From positions 3,471 to 67,470 of the forward strand of contig NZ_JBFXIO010000001.1 of the NCBI RefSeq assembly GCF_050175855.1: 64,000 bases of DNA, given 5' to 3'. The notes beneath the pieces are model-generated. The model was given only the letters and a program-made list of their open reading frames with translations. It had not been told where the DNA came from and ran no database searches. The stretch is from Piscinibacter sp. (GTDB lineage Bacteria; Pseudomonadota; Gammaproteobacteria; Burkholderiales; Burkholderiaceae_C). This document shows positions 52,728 through 61,969 of the stretch, in pieces. How positions within the stretch are numbered: the first letter of the stretch is position 1; each line of letters starts with the position of its first letter. Position numbers and translations under genes: made by a program.

Positions 52728-53917
52728 CGCGTTGCCGGCGCGCCGGTGAGGCTGCGAGCCCGCCAGAGCGGGTAGAGCCCCACCAGGCCGAGCAGCGGAC
52801 CCGGCAACAGCAGCCAGGCGATGTGCGCACCCCAGTCACTCAGTTCGCGCGTGCCGAGGTGGATCGAGACCATGGTGATGGCGAACCCGATGGCATTCTG
52901 CAGGGCCAGTGCGCTTCCCAGCACCTCTGGCGGGCAGGCTCCGGCGGACAGTGCCGAGAAGTGAGGCGAGTCCGCCACCACGGCGCCGCCCCAGACCAGC
53001 AGCAGCCCGCCTGCAGCCCACGCGTTCCAGCCGGTGCTGACGGGATAGACCATGCAGCACAGGGCCGACACCACCAACGCAGTGGCCGCCACCCGCGCAC
53101 TGCCGATGCGCTGGCTCCACCAGCCGCCGGCCATGCAGCTGACCGCGCCGATGCCGATGACGGCGAACGACAGGCCGAACTGCGCTGGTGTGCCGGTGCC
53201 GGCCAGACCGCTCAGCACGACCATGCTGGGCACCAGGGTCCACATCGCGTACAGCTCCCACATGTGCCCGAAATAGCCCAAGGCCGAGGCCCGGAACGCC
53301 GGCACCGAGAAGGCCCGCAGCACCTGACCCAGCCGCAAGGCCGGCGCATCGCGGCGGCGCTTGAAGTGAGGACCGTCGCCGAGCCACATGACCATCAGCG
53401 CGCCGGCCAGCGCCAGCGCCGACGAGACGCCGATCGTCGCCTGCCAGGAGGTGCCCAGGCCGGACAGTCGCACACCATGCGGCAGCGCGGTGCCCAAGGT
53501 GAGCATGCCCACCAGCAAGGACAGCGCCGCGCCGGCCTGTTGCGGCACCCAGCTCACCACGAGCTTCATGCCCAGTGGGTACACGCCGGCGAGGCATACC
53601 CCGACCGCGAAGCGCAAAGGCACGCCCGAGGACATGCCGTCGGCGAGCAGCGCGAACGCTCCGTTGAAGATCGCGCCCAGCGCGGCACAGAACGCGAAGA
53701 TCCGGCTCGCTGGGAAGCGGTCGGCCAGCCCGGTCAGAGCAAAGGTCAACGTGCCGAGGATGAAGCCGGCCTGCACCGCATTCGTCAAGGCGCCGATCGC
53801 CGACGGCGCGATGCCCCAGTCGCGCACCAGATCGTCGGCCGCGCTGTTGACCGAGAACCACAGCGACGTGCCGAACAGCTGGGCGACCACGATGACAGGA
53901 ACCGGCCGCCGAAGCAT
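52724..53917 (-). CDS. MFS transporter
   Basis: LFGTSLWFS, GVCLAGVYPLGMK, GHMWELYAMW, VADSPHFSA. Confidence 0.88.
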   Translation of the reverse strand: MLRRPVPVIVVAQLFGTSLWFSVNSAADDLVRDWGIAPSAIGALTNAVQAGFILGTLTFALTGLADRFPASRIFAFCAALGAIFNGAFALLADGMSSGVPLRFAVGVCLAGVYPLGMKLVVSWVPQQAGAALSLLVGMLTLGTALPHGVRLSGLGTSWQATIGVSSALALAGALMVMWLGDGPHFKRRRDAPALRLGQVLRAFSVPAFRASALGYFGHMWELYAMWTLVPSMVVLSGLAGTGTPAQFGLSFAVIGIGAVSCMAGGWWSQRIGSARVAATALVVSALCCMVYPVSTGWNAWAAGGLLLVWGGAVVADSPHFSALSAGACPPEVLGSALALQNAIGFAITMVSIHLGTRELSDWGAHIAWLLLPGPLLGLVGLYPLWRARSLTGAPATR

Positions 53918-53943
53918 GGACGCACCTGCGGCAGGGGGTGGCG

Positions 53944-54657
53944 CTATGACCGCGAGAGCACGCGTTGCCGTAGCGCGTCGAAGTTGTCTTCGATGAAGTC
54001 GTACGCCATGTTCGGATTCGGGTCGGGCGGGCCTTCGGGCCCCCACTCATCGGGCCGCCGGACGAATGCGGTGCGAAATCCGGCCTTGTGAGCGGCGTTC
54101 AGGTCGAAGTTGTGGCACGCCACCATCAGGATCTGCGAGGGCTCGAGCGCCATCCAGCGCGCGGCGGTAGCGTAGGCCTGCGCATGCGGCTTGTAGACGC
54201 CGATCATTTCGCAGGAGATCACCGCATCCCAGGTGACGCCGTTGCGGCGCGACACATCGACCACCAACGCGGTGGGCAGCATCGTGAACGACACCACCGG
54301 GAACTTCTCGCGCAGCGCCGCCTGCGCAGCTGGAAAGTCCGGCCAGGCGTCGAGCTCGTGCCAGGCGCGCCAGAGGCGATGCCGCTCGGCGTCGTTGAAG
54401 GCGCTCAGGCCATGCTGGGCCAGCACCTCGTCGAGCGTGCGGCGGTGCACGTCGTCCATGTTGAAGCCTGGATGCTCCGTATCAGCGATGTGACCGACGA
54501 TGCCCTTCATCGCGCGCCGTCGCCAGTCGTTCGCGACGGCATCCCAGTCTAGGCTGATCGCGTGAACGGCACCGACCTGCGACAGCGCGGCGACCAGCCC
54601 GCCATGCCAGTCCAGGACGGTACCGCCGGTGTCGAATGCCAGGGCACGGATGTCCAT
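53944..54657 (-). CDS. Haloacid dehalogenase type II (HAD superfamily)
   Basis: AFDTGGTVLDW, GVYKP, MVACHNFDL. Confidence 0.88.
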   Translation of the reverse strand: MDIRALAFDTGGTVLDWHGGLVAALSQVGAVHAISLDWDAVANDWRRRAMKGIVGHIADTEHPGFNMDDVHRRTLDEVLAQHGLSAFNDAERHRLWRAWHELDAWPDFPAAQAALREKFPVVSFTMLPTALVVDVSRRNGVTWDAVISCEMIGVYKPHAQAYATAARWMALEPSQILMVACHNFDLNAAHKAGFRTAFVRRPDEWGPEGPPDPNPNMAYDFIEDNFDALRQRVLSRS

Positions 54658-54708
54658 GGGCGGTCCCCTTGTCAGTTGGTTCGTGGTTGCGCGGATCTCG
54701 CGCGCACT

Positions 54709-55656
54709 CTACCGGTCAGCGCCTGCAAGCGCCTGGGCGGGCGAGAACTTCGGCCCCTGGCTGATGCGTTGGAAGTAGGACTCCCAGGCCGGCGTGCCGG
54801 GCGGCCATTGCGCCAGGAACTCGCGCTGCCACCGGTCTGCATCGAAGCGCACCGGCAGCAGTGACACCCATGCGCCGGCCATGTGTGATTCGTGCAGCAC
54901 CGGGTGCGGCGAGGGCGTCGTCGCGATACGGGTGCACAAGCCGGACAGGTCGCCGCTGAAATTCGGCATGCCAGCCGCGCCGTTGTTCACGACGACGGCT
55001 TCTCGGCGCTCAGCGTGCCCCACCTGTCGCAGCGCCGGCAGACAGGTGTGCGTGCTGGCGAAGACGTCGACCTGTGCTGCTTCGAACACCGACTCTCGCC
55101 AAGCCGCCTGGGTTGGATCATCGAGTGCGTTCACGTCGAAGCGCCAGCCCGCGAGCGACTCGGCGTCGCCGTGCACGACGCCGACGCGGCATTCGCCGAC
55201 GCGGTAGCGCGCGACCATTGGCAATTGGGCGATGCGCTGCAGCAGCCCGCCATGGCGCCGTGCCGTCGCCTTGAGCGTCGCGTGGATCCGGTTCGAGCGC
55301 TGCACCACACCGGCATCCACGCTGTCGGGGTAGGCGCAGCCGCAGCCTGCGTCGTCCAGCTGCGCGTCGAGTTCGGCTTCGACATTGCCGAGGATCGCAT
55401 CGTTGGCCAGTACACGCAGGTTGATCTCCGCAAACGCCCGGTCGTCGACATTGAACCAGTTGAAGTCGCCGTTGAAGCACAGGGTGGGGGGCTGCGCCTC
55501 CGTGCGCGCCATCTGCTCGATGGCGTCGAGCGCGGGCACATTGCCGTAGAGCCCGCCGACGACATAGAGCGTCTGGGCTTCGCGCGTTTCGGCCGCGGCG
55601 ATGGCGCGCGGCCCGTAACGGTAGCGTAGCGGGCAGACCCGACCCGGCGTGCTCAT
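54709..55656 (-). CDS. Calcineurin-like metallophosphoesterase-fold protein (atypical)
   Basis: VVGGLYGN, FNGDFNWF, LGNVE, GCGCAYP, VHGD, STHTC, NNGAAG. Confidence 0.7.
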   Translation of the reverse strand: MSTPGRVCPLRYRYGPRAIAAAETREAQTLYVVGGLYGNVPALDAIEQMARTEAQPPTLCFNGDFNWFNVDDRAFAEINLRVLANDAILGNVEAELDAQLDDAGCGCAYPDSVDAGVVQRSNRIHATLKATARRHGGLLQRIAQLPMVARYRVGECRVGVVHGDAESLAGWRFDVNALDDPTQAAWRESVFEAAQVDVFASTHTCLPALRQVGHAERREAVVVNNGAAGMPNFSGDLSGLCTRIATTPSPHPVLHESHMAGAWVSLLPVRFDADRWQREFLAQWPPGTPAWESYFQRISQGPKFSPAQALAGADR

Positions 55657-57062
55657 GCCGCTGATCCAGCGCTCGCGACGCCAGTGCCGGCCCGGTAGCG
55701 CGGCAGCAGCAGCGGCAGGAAGAAGCCCGCGGTGCACAGGGCCAGCCCATAGAGGTTCGTGCCAAGCAGGATCGCGTACTTGCCGCTGCCGATGGCCCAG
55801 GCTGCCGGGATCAGGTTCACGGCTTGCAGCACGCCCAACACGATGCCGGGCCAGAAGGCCAGGTGGAAGGACAGCGGCGAGTATCCGACCCGGCCCGAGA
55901 ACAGGAAGATCGGCGCCAGGCCGATCACCATCGTGCCGCTGATGGTCGTGGCCTTGAGGATGTCGGTGCCGGCGATCATCGGCAGGTTGCCCAGCAGCGC
56001 AAAAGCCACCATCGTCAGCGAACCGATCGTCAAGGCCTTGGGCGACGGCAAGCGGCCGGCCAGCACCGGCAGGTCGCGTGCCACCAGTTTAGAGAGCGAC
56101 GTGAAGGTCGAGTCCAAGGTCGAACCGGCAGACGTGACCATCACCACGATCATTGCGAACCAGCCGGCGAGCCCCAATCCGCGCGCCACGTCCGCGGGCA
56201 CGTTGCCGCTGGCCGCGATGCCTTCGAGCCGCGCATGCACACCCACCAGGCTGAAGGCGAAGATCGCCACGAAGCCCAGCACGCCAGCGACGATGAAGGC
56301 GCGCAGCATGGCCTTCTCGCGCGTGATGAAGCCGCGGTCGGTCAGAACCGGGTCATGGAAGGGGTACGACAGGGTCTGCAGGAGTGCCACCAGCAGCAGG
56401 TCGCCACCCGCATCCAGTGCGAAGTGTCCTTGCGACAGCAGCACGCCGGGCGCGTGCGCCGGCAGCACGAAGGCCAGCACCACGCCCAGGAACAGGATGA
56501 ACACGACGGCCTGGATCACGTCGCTGAAGATCGAGCTGCGCAGGCCGCCCTTCAGGCTGTAGAACAGCACTGCCGCGGTGAACAGCAGTGCCGCTCCGAT
56601 GAAGCCGGCCGAGCCATTGGCACCGTAGTAGCCACCGACCACGGCGGTGTTGCTCCAGACCTCGTTGAACAGCCGCACCAGGATGGCCAGCGAGAACGCC
56701 AGTGCGGCGCCGCGGCCGTACTTGCCGATCAGGAAGGGCACCAGGCCGGTGGCTCCCTCGCGGGTGCGCAGGCGGTAGATCACCAGCCCCGCCACGGGGA
56801 TTGACAGCCAGTAGGCGGCGTAGGCCAGCCCGCCAACCACGCCGTAGGTGGCGCCCAGGTTGGCCGCATTGGTCACGGACTTGGCGAAGATCCAGCTGAT
56901 GAAGATGCTCAGCATCAGCGCCCACTCCGAGGCCGGTCTCCCCTGGTCATCGTGGCCGCGAAAGAAGCCGGCCTCGTCCTTCGAGCGCGGCACCACCAGG
57001 TACATCACGGCGCCGAAGACCAGCAGAAAGCCCCAGAAGAACAGTCCCTGCCATTCACTCAT
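55653..57062 (-). CDS. Sodium:solute symporter family protein
   Basis: About 13 TM segments; SWIFAKSVTNAA, GGLRSSIFSD, SAGSTLDS. Confidence 0.85.
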   Translation of the reverse strand: MSEWQGLFFWGFLLVFGAVMYLVVPRSKDEAGFFRGHDDQGRPASEWALMLSIFISWIFAKSVTNAANLGATYGVVGGLAYAAYWLSIPVAGLVIYRLRTREGATGLVPFLIGKYGRGAALAFSLAILVRLFNEVWSNTAVVGGYYGANGSAGFIGAALLFTAAVLFYSLKGGLRSSIFSDVIQAVVFILFLGVVLAFVLPAHAPGVLLSQGHFALDAGGDLLLVALLQTLSYPFHDPVLTDRGFITREKAMLRAFIVAGVLGFVAIFAFSLVGVHARLEGIAASGNVPADVARGLGLAGWFAMIVVMVTSAGSTLDSTFTSLSKLVARDLPVLAGRLPSPKALTIGSLTMVAFALLGNLPMIAGTDILKATTISGTMVIGLAPIFLFSGRVGYSPLSFHLAFWPGIVLGVLQAVNLIPAAWAIGSGKYAILLGTNLYGLALCTAGFFLPLLLPRYRAGTGVASAGSAA

Positions 57063-57086
57063 GTCGCGGTCCTCGAAGTCGTTGAA

Positions 57087-58085
57087 TCAGGCGCCGCAGC
57101 TCGGCGCAGAGGCGGTCGTGGCCTCGAGGGCGCCGCCGCAGCTGGAACCCTGGCCGGCGGTGCAGCCGAAGCAGTGGTCGGCCACACGGATGGGGCGGTC
57201 GTCCAAGGCTGCAGCCGTGATGTCGGAGATGTGCAGACGGGGCTTGCCCGCCTGCTGGATCGGCAGGCCCAGCTGCTGGTTGAAGTCGCAGTCGTACAGG
57301 TAACCCTGCCAGTCCACGCTCACGAGGCTCCGGCACATCACCTGTTCGAGGTTGTCGTCCCGGTGTGCGCTGCGCAGCAGGTCCATGTAGCTGTTGAACT
57401 GGCCCTTGGACACCAGCATCGAGCCGAATCGCTGGATCGGCATGTTGGCCAGCGTGAACAGCTGGTTGAAGACGACACCGAAGTGCGCCGCCAGATGCCG
57501 CTTGTAGTCGCGCTCCAGCGCCTCCTGCGGCGGAGGCAGGCTGGCGCCCTGCGGGTTGTAGACGAGGTTCAGCGTGAGGGCGCTGCCCGGCTGGCCGTAG
57601 CCGAGGGCGTTGAGCCGTTGCAGGCCCCGAATGCTCGCGTCGAAGGTGCCCTTGCCGCGCTGGCGGTCGACGTTGTCTTCCAGATAGCAGGGCATCGATG
57701 CCACCACCTCGACGCCATGCGCGGCCAGGAACTCCGCCAGGCCTTCCTGGCCGGGTTCCTCCAGGATGGTCAGGTTGCAGCGGTCGATGACCCGCACCCC
57801 TCGGGCCCGGGCGGCCACGACCAGGTCGCGGAAGTGGCGGTTGAGCTCAGGCGCGCCACCGGTCAGATCCAGGGTGCGCACGTCCGGGCTGCCGGCCAGG
57901 AAGGCGATCACCGCATCGATGGTGTCGCGCGACATCTCCTCGGTGCGGTTCGGGCCGGCGTTGACGTGGCAGTGTTGGCAGCTCTGGTTGCAGCGGTAGC
58001 CCAGGTTGATCTGCAGGGTGTCGACCGTGCGGCGACGCAGCGCCGGAAAGTCGGTGCGGAGGAGAAGGGGGAGGGTGGCGTGCAT
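57087..58085 (-). CDS. arsS: ArsS-like radical SAM / Cys-rich protein (DUF3641 C-terminus)
   Basis: QINLGYRCNQSCQHCHV (CxxxCxxC), DLTGGAPE, ASMPCY, YDCDFNQ, HCFGCTAGQGSSCGG. Confidence 0.9.
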   Translation of the reverse strand: MHATLPLLLRTDFPALRRRTVDTLQINLGYRCNQSCQHCHVNAGPNRTEEMSRDTIDAVIAFLAGSPDVRTLDLTGGAPELNRHFRDLVVAARARGVRVIDRCNLTILEEPGQEGLAEFLAAHGVEVVASMPCYLEDNVDRQRGKGTFDASIRGLQRLNALGYGQPGSALTLNLVYNPQGASLPPPQEALERDYKRHLAAHFGVVFNQLFTLANMPIQRFGSMLVSKGQFNSYMDLLRSAHRDDNLEQVMCRSLVSVDWQGYLYDCDFNQQLGLPIQQAGKPRLHISDITAAALDDRPIRVADHCFGCTAGQGSSCGGALEATTASAPSCGA

Positions 58086-58111
58086 GTCGATCCGTGGTGG
58101 CTTCCCCTTCC

Positions 58112-58139
58112 TAGACGGTCGCCGCGGCGATTCCTTACA
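58112..58139 (-). promoter_or_regulatory. ECF-type promoter TGTAAG-N16-CGTCTA
   Basis: 26 bp upstream of the arsS ATG. Confidence 0.68.
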
Positions 58140-58156
58140 GCTGGTGGAACCGTCGG

Positions 58157-58185
58157 CGTAAGAAAAATGAGGCATCGACCGTCTG
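58157..58185 (+). promoter_or_regulatory. ECF-type promoter CGTAAG-N17-CGTCTG
   Basis: Back-to-back with the site at 58112; upstream of the operon ending in the second ECF/anti-sigma pair. Confidence 0.62.
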
Positions 58186-58300
58186 AGTTTCTTGTCGAGC
58201 CGAATACCTCGCATCTGCGTGGCGTTCGGACCGCCGGACCTTGAGTTCTCGGCTGCCGGAGCCGAAAACGCCGATATCAGGAAAACCCCGAGGATTCCCC

Positions 58301-58762
58301 ATGGCCGTCGAAAAGCGCGTCCTGCTCGCCCGACCGCATGCCTTCATCGTCAACCAGATGCGCCCCTTCCTGCTCGAGGCGGGTTACACACCCGTCGGAG
58401 CCCAAAGCGTGGAGCATCTGGCACAGGAACTGCGCGGGACCTTCCACGGTGCGATCATCTCGACGGCTGTCAGCTCGACCGTTGACGCCGATGCCGCGAC
58501 GGTGTTCCGCCTGGTGCGCGAGAAGCTTCCCCGGCTGCCGATCGTTTTTGCGGGCATGGCGGACGCCGCCACGATGAAACTGAGCGCGGAGCGCGCAGTG
58601 AAGGCTTTGGTCAGCACGCCCACCATCACCAGCCCTCAGGACCTACGAATCTCGACCGCTGCGGACCGCTCAGCCACGTTCCTCGTGCTGCGCAAGGAAG
58701 ATCTCATGCCGGGAGAGTCGCAGGAGGCTGCCATGCGCGCTTTGCGCACGCTCTTCGGTTAG
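58301..58762 (+). CDS. Hypothetical protein (possible degenerate receiver-like fold)
   Basis: Alternating beta/alpha pattern KRVLLA...GAIIST...LPIVFAG; no clear phospho-Asp. Confidence 0.6.
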   Translation: MAVEKRVLLARPHAFIVNQMRPFLLEAGYTPVGAQSVEHLAQELRGTFHGAIISTAVSSTVDADAATVFRLVREKLPRLPIVFAGMADAATMKLSAERAVKALVSTPTITSPQDLRISTAADRSATFLVLRKEDLMPGESQEAAMRALRTLFG

Positions 58763-58771
58763 AAACTGGAC

Positions 58772-59056
58772 ATGTCGACGATTCCACCGAATTCGACCCC
58801 TGGTGCTGCCGAGTGCGGCGACAGGCTGAGCCCGTCGTCCGTCATCGCACTGATGACCAGTCGGCGCATTGCATGGTCCGCGCTGAAGGTGTCGCTGGTG
58901 GTCGGTACGGTGCTGAACGTGGTCAACAATGGCGAACGACTGATGGCCCACGGCAGCGTGAGCCTCTGGCAGGTCGTCATGAACTTCGTCGTGCCGTTTT
59001 GCGTGTCGAGCTACAGCGCGGCGCGCAACGAAGTCCAGCGTGCAAAGGGCGGGTGA
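58772..59056 (+). CDS. nrtS: NrtS-family small membrane protein
   Basis: ALKVSLVVGTVLNVVNNG...NFVVPFCVSSYS. Confidence 0.8.
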   Translation: MSTIPPNSTPGAAECGDRLSPSSVIALMTSRRIAWSALKVSLVVGTVLNVVNNGERLMAHGSVSLWQVVMNFVVPFCVSSYSAARNEVQRAKGG

Positions 59057-59701
59057 ATGCGGCGCGCCTCGTCCCCATCTGTCGGACCGGTTCCCACGTC
59101 GGCTTCGAAAGAGTCGATGCAAGGCATCAGTGCCGAGGCCCTGCTGTCCCTGCGGGCCGACATGCTGCGCTTCGCCCAGCTCCAGCTGCGCAATACCGAG
59201 ACGGCGGAGGACCTGGTGCAGGAGTCCATCGAGGCGGCGCTTCGCAAGTCGTCTTCGTTCGCGGGCCAATCGACGCTGAAGACCTGGGTCTTCGCGATCC
59301 TGCGCAACCGCATCATCGATCACCTGCGGCAGGCGTCCCGTACCGTGACGCTGTCCAGCCTGGTCGACGACGGCGAAGATTGGGAGGAGCGCCTGGATGC
59401 GCTGTTCAACGAGCGCGGCGCCTGGCGTGACGGGCCAAGGCCGGTGGCGTGGCCAAACCCCGAGGAGTCGATGCAGACGAGGCAGTTCTGGGCCGTGTTT
59501 GAGACCTGCCTGGATCACCTTCCTCCGGCCACCGGCAAGGTCTTCATGATGCGTGAGTTCCTCGGGTTCGAGTCCGACGAGATCTGCGCGCAACTGGGTA
59601 TCACGACGAGTAACTGCCACGTGATCCTGCATCGCGCCCGGCTGAAGCTGCGTGGATGCATGGACACCGGCTGGGGTCGTCCGGAGGGCTCGACATGCTG
59701 A
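59057..59701 (+). CDS. ECF sigma-70 factor (TIGR02943-like), paralog of 15558-16199
   Basis: AEDLVQES, KTWVFAILRNRIIDH, VFMMREFLGFESDEIC, LHRARLKLRGC; start may be 59117. Confidence 0.9.
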   Translation: MRRASSPSVGPVPTSASKESMQGISAEALLSLRADMLRFAQLQLRNTETAEDLVQESIEAALRKSSSFAGQSTLKTWVFAILRNRIIDHLRQASRTVTLSSLVDDGEDWEERLDALFNERGAWRDGPRPVAWPNPEESMQTRQFWAVFETCLDHLPPATGKVFMMREFLGFESDEICAQLGITTSNCHVILHRARLKLRGCMDTGWGRPEGSTC

Positions 59702-59910
59702 ACTGCAAGGAAGTCACCGAGGTCTGCTCGGCGGAGATGGAGCGGCCGTTGCGTCTGGGCGAGCAGGTGTCGCTGCGCACGCACCTGATGATGTGCACCG
59801 GATGCTCGGAGTACCGCAGGCAGCTGAAGACCTTGCGACAGGTGATGCAGGCCTACGCGGAAGGCAAAGCGATTGCCGACGACGCGGCGCCCGGCCAGGG
59901 GAACGGTTGA
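59695..59910 (+). CDS. zf-HC2 anti-sigma factor
   Basis: MLNCKEVT...RTHLMMCTGC. Confidence 0.87.
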   Translation: MLNCKEVTEVCSAEMERPLRLGEQVSLRTHLMMCTGCSEYRRQLKTLRQVMQAYAEGKAIADDAAPGQGNG

Positions 59911-60110
59911 TCGTGGAATGATGCGGCCGATCCTCCGCCGAGCGTGACCGCGCAGAGGCTCCTCGTCCGCGGAGTCCCCACGCTGGTCGTCGTCGGATTC
60001 GGAATACTTGCCGCCGAGTTGCTTGAACGCGTCGAGCTTCCCGAAGGCATGACGCTTCCGCGGGAAGACCTGGACCTTGAGGCCGCGCTCGCAGCGTCCG
60101 CCGCCTGTTT

Positions 60111-61277
60111 CTAGTGTCCTGTCCCGTTAGTAAGTGGCATTAATCATGCGTGCCTGTGCGGTATCTTGGGAACGGAGATACCGCGATGAGGACGGGCAGG
60201 CCGAAGGCTGAGTTGGTGTTGTCGGACGAAGAGCGATCGCAATTGCAGTCTTTCGCTCGCAGCCGCTCGCTGCCGTCGGGTTTGGGCCACCGAGCGCGCA
60301 TCATTCTCAGCAGCGCCGAGGGCGAGGCCAACAACTCGATCGCCGAGCGTCTGAAGCTGACCAAGGCCACTGTGGGCAAGTGGCGCGCGCGGTTCATCGA
60401 GCGACGCATCGCCGGGCTGTACGACGATGTCCGTCCGGGCAAGCCGCGCACGATCGACGACGAACGCGTGGCGCAGTTGATCAAGACCACGCTGCACACC
60501 AAGCCGGCCAACGGCTCGACGCACTGGAGCGTGCGCACGGTGGCCGCCGAGACCGGCATCTCCAAGACCAGCGTTCAACGGTACTTCCAGCTCTTCGGGC
60601 TGCAGCCGCATCGCACCGAAAGCTTCAAGCTGTCCAACGACCCGTTCTTCATCGAAAAGTTGCGCGACGTGGTCGGCCTGTACCTGAGCCCGCCGGACAA
60701 CGCGCTGGTCATCTGCGTGGATGAGAAGAGCCAGTGCCAAGCGCTTGAGCGTACGCAGCCGATGCTGCCCATGGGATTCGGCTATGTCGAAGGAGTCACC
60801 CACGACTACAAGCGCCATGGCACGACCACGTTGTTCGCGGCGCTGAACGTGCTCAACGGCGCGGTGCTGGCGGCGTGCAAGCCGCGTCACCGGCACCAGG
60901 AGTTCTTGTCCTTCCTGCGCGAGATCGACAAGGCCGTGCCGGCCGAACTGGACATCCATTGCATCGCCGACAACTACGCCACCCACAGCCATCCGAAGAT
61001 CAAGGCGTGGCTGGCGGCGCGGCCGCGCTGGCACATGCACTTCATCCCAACCTACAGCTCTTGGCTCAACCAGGTCGAACGATTCTTCTCGCTGATCACC
61101 GACAAGGCCATCCGCCGCGGCTCGTTCACCAGCGTCAAACAACTCGTGCAGCGCATCGACCACTTCGTCTCGGCCTACAACACGAACTGCCAGCCATTTA
61201 CGTGGACCGCTACCGCCGATTCGATCCTCGAGAAGCTGCATCGACTTTGTTCACGTATCAGCGGGACAGGACACTAG
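60111..61277 (+). mobile_element. IS630-family insertion sequence, apparently intact
   Basis: Terminal inverted repeats CTAGTGTCCTGTCCCG (16 bp perfect including the flanking CTAG, imperfect to about 26 bp); TA target inside CTAG at both ends. Confidence 0.93.
60186..61277 (+). CDS. IS630 family transposase
   Basis: THWSVR HTH, CVDEK, HDYKRHGTT, IADNYATH, YSSWLNQVERFF (DDE); stop codon is the terminal TAG. Confidence 0.95.
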   Translation: MRTGRPKAELVLSDEERSQLQSFARSRSLPSGLGHRARIILSSAEGEANNSIAERLKLTKATVGKWRARFIERRIAGLYDDVRPGKPRTIDDERVAQLIKTTLHTKPANGSTHWSVRTVAAETGISKTSVQRYFQLFGLQPHRTESFKLSNDPFFIEKLRDVVGLYLSPPDNALVICVDEKSQCQALERTQPMLPMGFGYVEGVTHDYKRHGTTTLFAALNVLNGAVLAACKPRHRHQEFLSFLREIDKAVPAELDIHCIADNYATHSHPKIKAWLAARPRWHMHFIPTYSSWLNQVERFFSLITDKAIRRGSFTSVKQLVQRIDHFVSAYNTNCQPFTWTATADSILEKLHRLCSRISGTGH

Positions 61278-61501
61278 TTGACATAAACATTATTGTCGCG
61301 CATTGAGCGTTTGGACGACAATCGCACCAGAAGCATACGAGATGAGCGCTGCTCCCGCCAGCGCTGGCTCGGCCAGGGAACTCGTCGCCCTGGTGGTGCG
61401 GTGCTTCCGCACTCTCATCGAATCTCGCGCTTGGGCCGGCGGTCGTTGCAAGACTTCTGTCAACTGTGCACAATGATTCCATTTCTGATGCGGTGGATCC
61501 T

Positions 61502-61969
61502 ATGGACAGCATGACCTTGGAACAACTGCGCGCCACTGCGGCCGCCGGCGGCGTCGCCGGTGTCACGCTCAAGGGCCAGGGCGGCGCCTTCATGCTGCGC
61601 ATCGCCACCCGCAGCGGCCAGGACGCCGTGCTGGCCAAGGCCCGCAGCACCGAGCCGCGCCGCTTCGGCAATCCAGCCTCAGCCATGATCCTGCTGCGCG
61701 AGGTTGGCATCGCCGTGGCGCAGCTCGACGCCACCGACTGGAACCCCGATGAGAAGGACATGAGCCGCAGCCGCTCCAGCCAGGCCGAAGCGATGCGCAC
61801 GGCCCACCAGGCCGCGGCCCACAACCGGTGGCTCGCCGCCGAGATCCAGGAATCGCTCGACGATCCGCGCGCGAGCGTCCCGCACGACGAAGTCATGGCG
61901 GCCATGGACGCCGAAATCGACGCGATCGAGCTTCAGCGTGCCGGCTCCGCGCGAAGGAAAGGCGCATGA
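61502..61969 (+). CDS. Putative antitoxin/stability protein (ParD-like C-terminus)
   Basis: C-terminal AHNRWLAAEIQESLDDPRASVPHDEVMA; upstream of a ParE-like toxin. Confidence 0.65.
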   Translation: MDSMTLEQLRATAAAGGVAGVTLKGQGGAFMLRIATRSGQDAVLAKARSTEPRRFGNPASAMILLREVGIAVAQLDATDWNPDEKDMSRSRSSQAEAMRTAHQAAAHNRWLAAEIQESLDDPRASVPHDEVMAAMDAEIDAIELQRAGSARRKGA

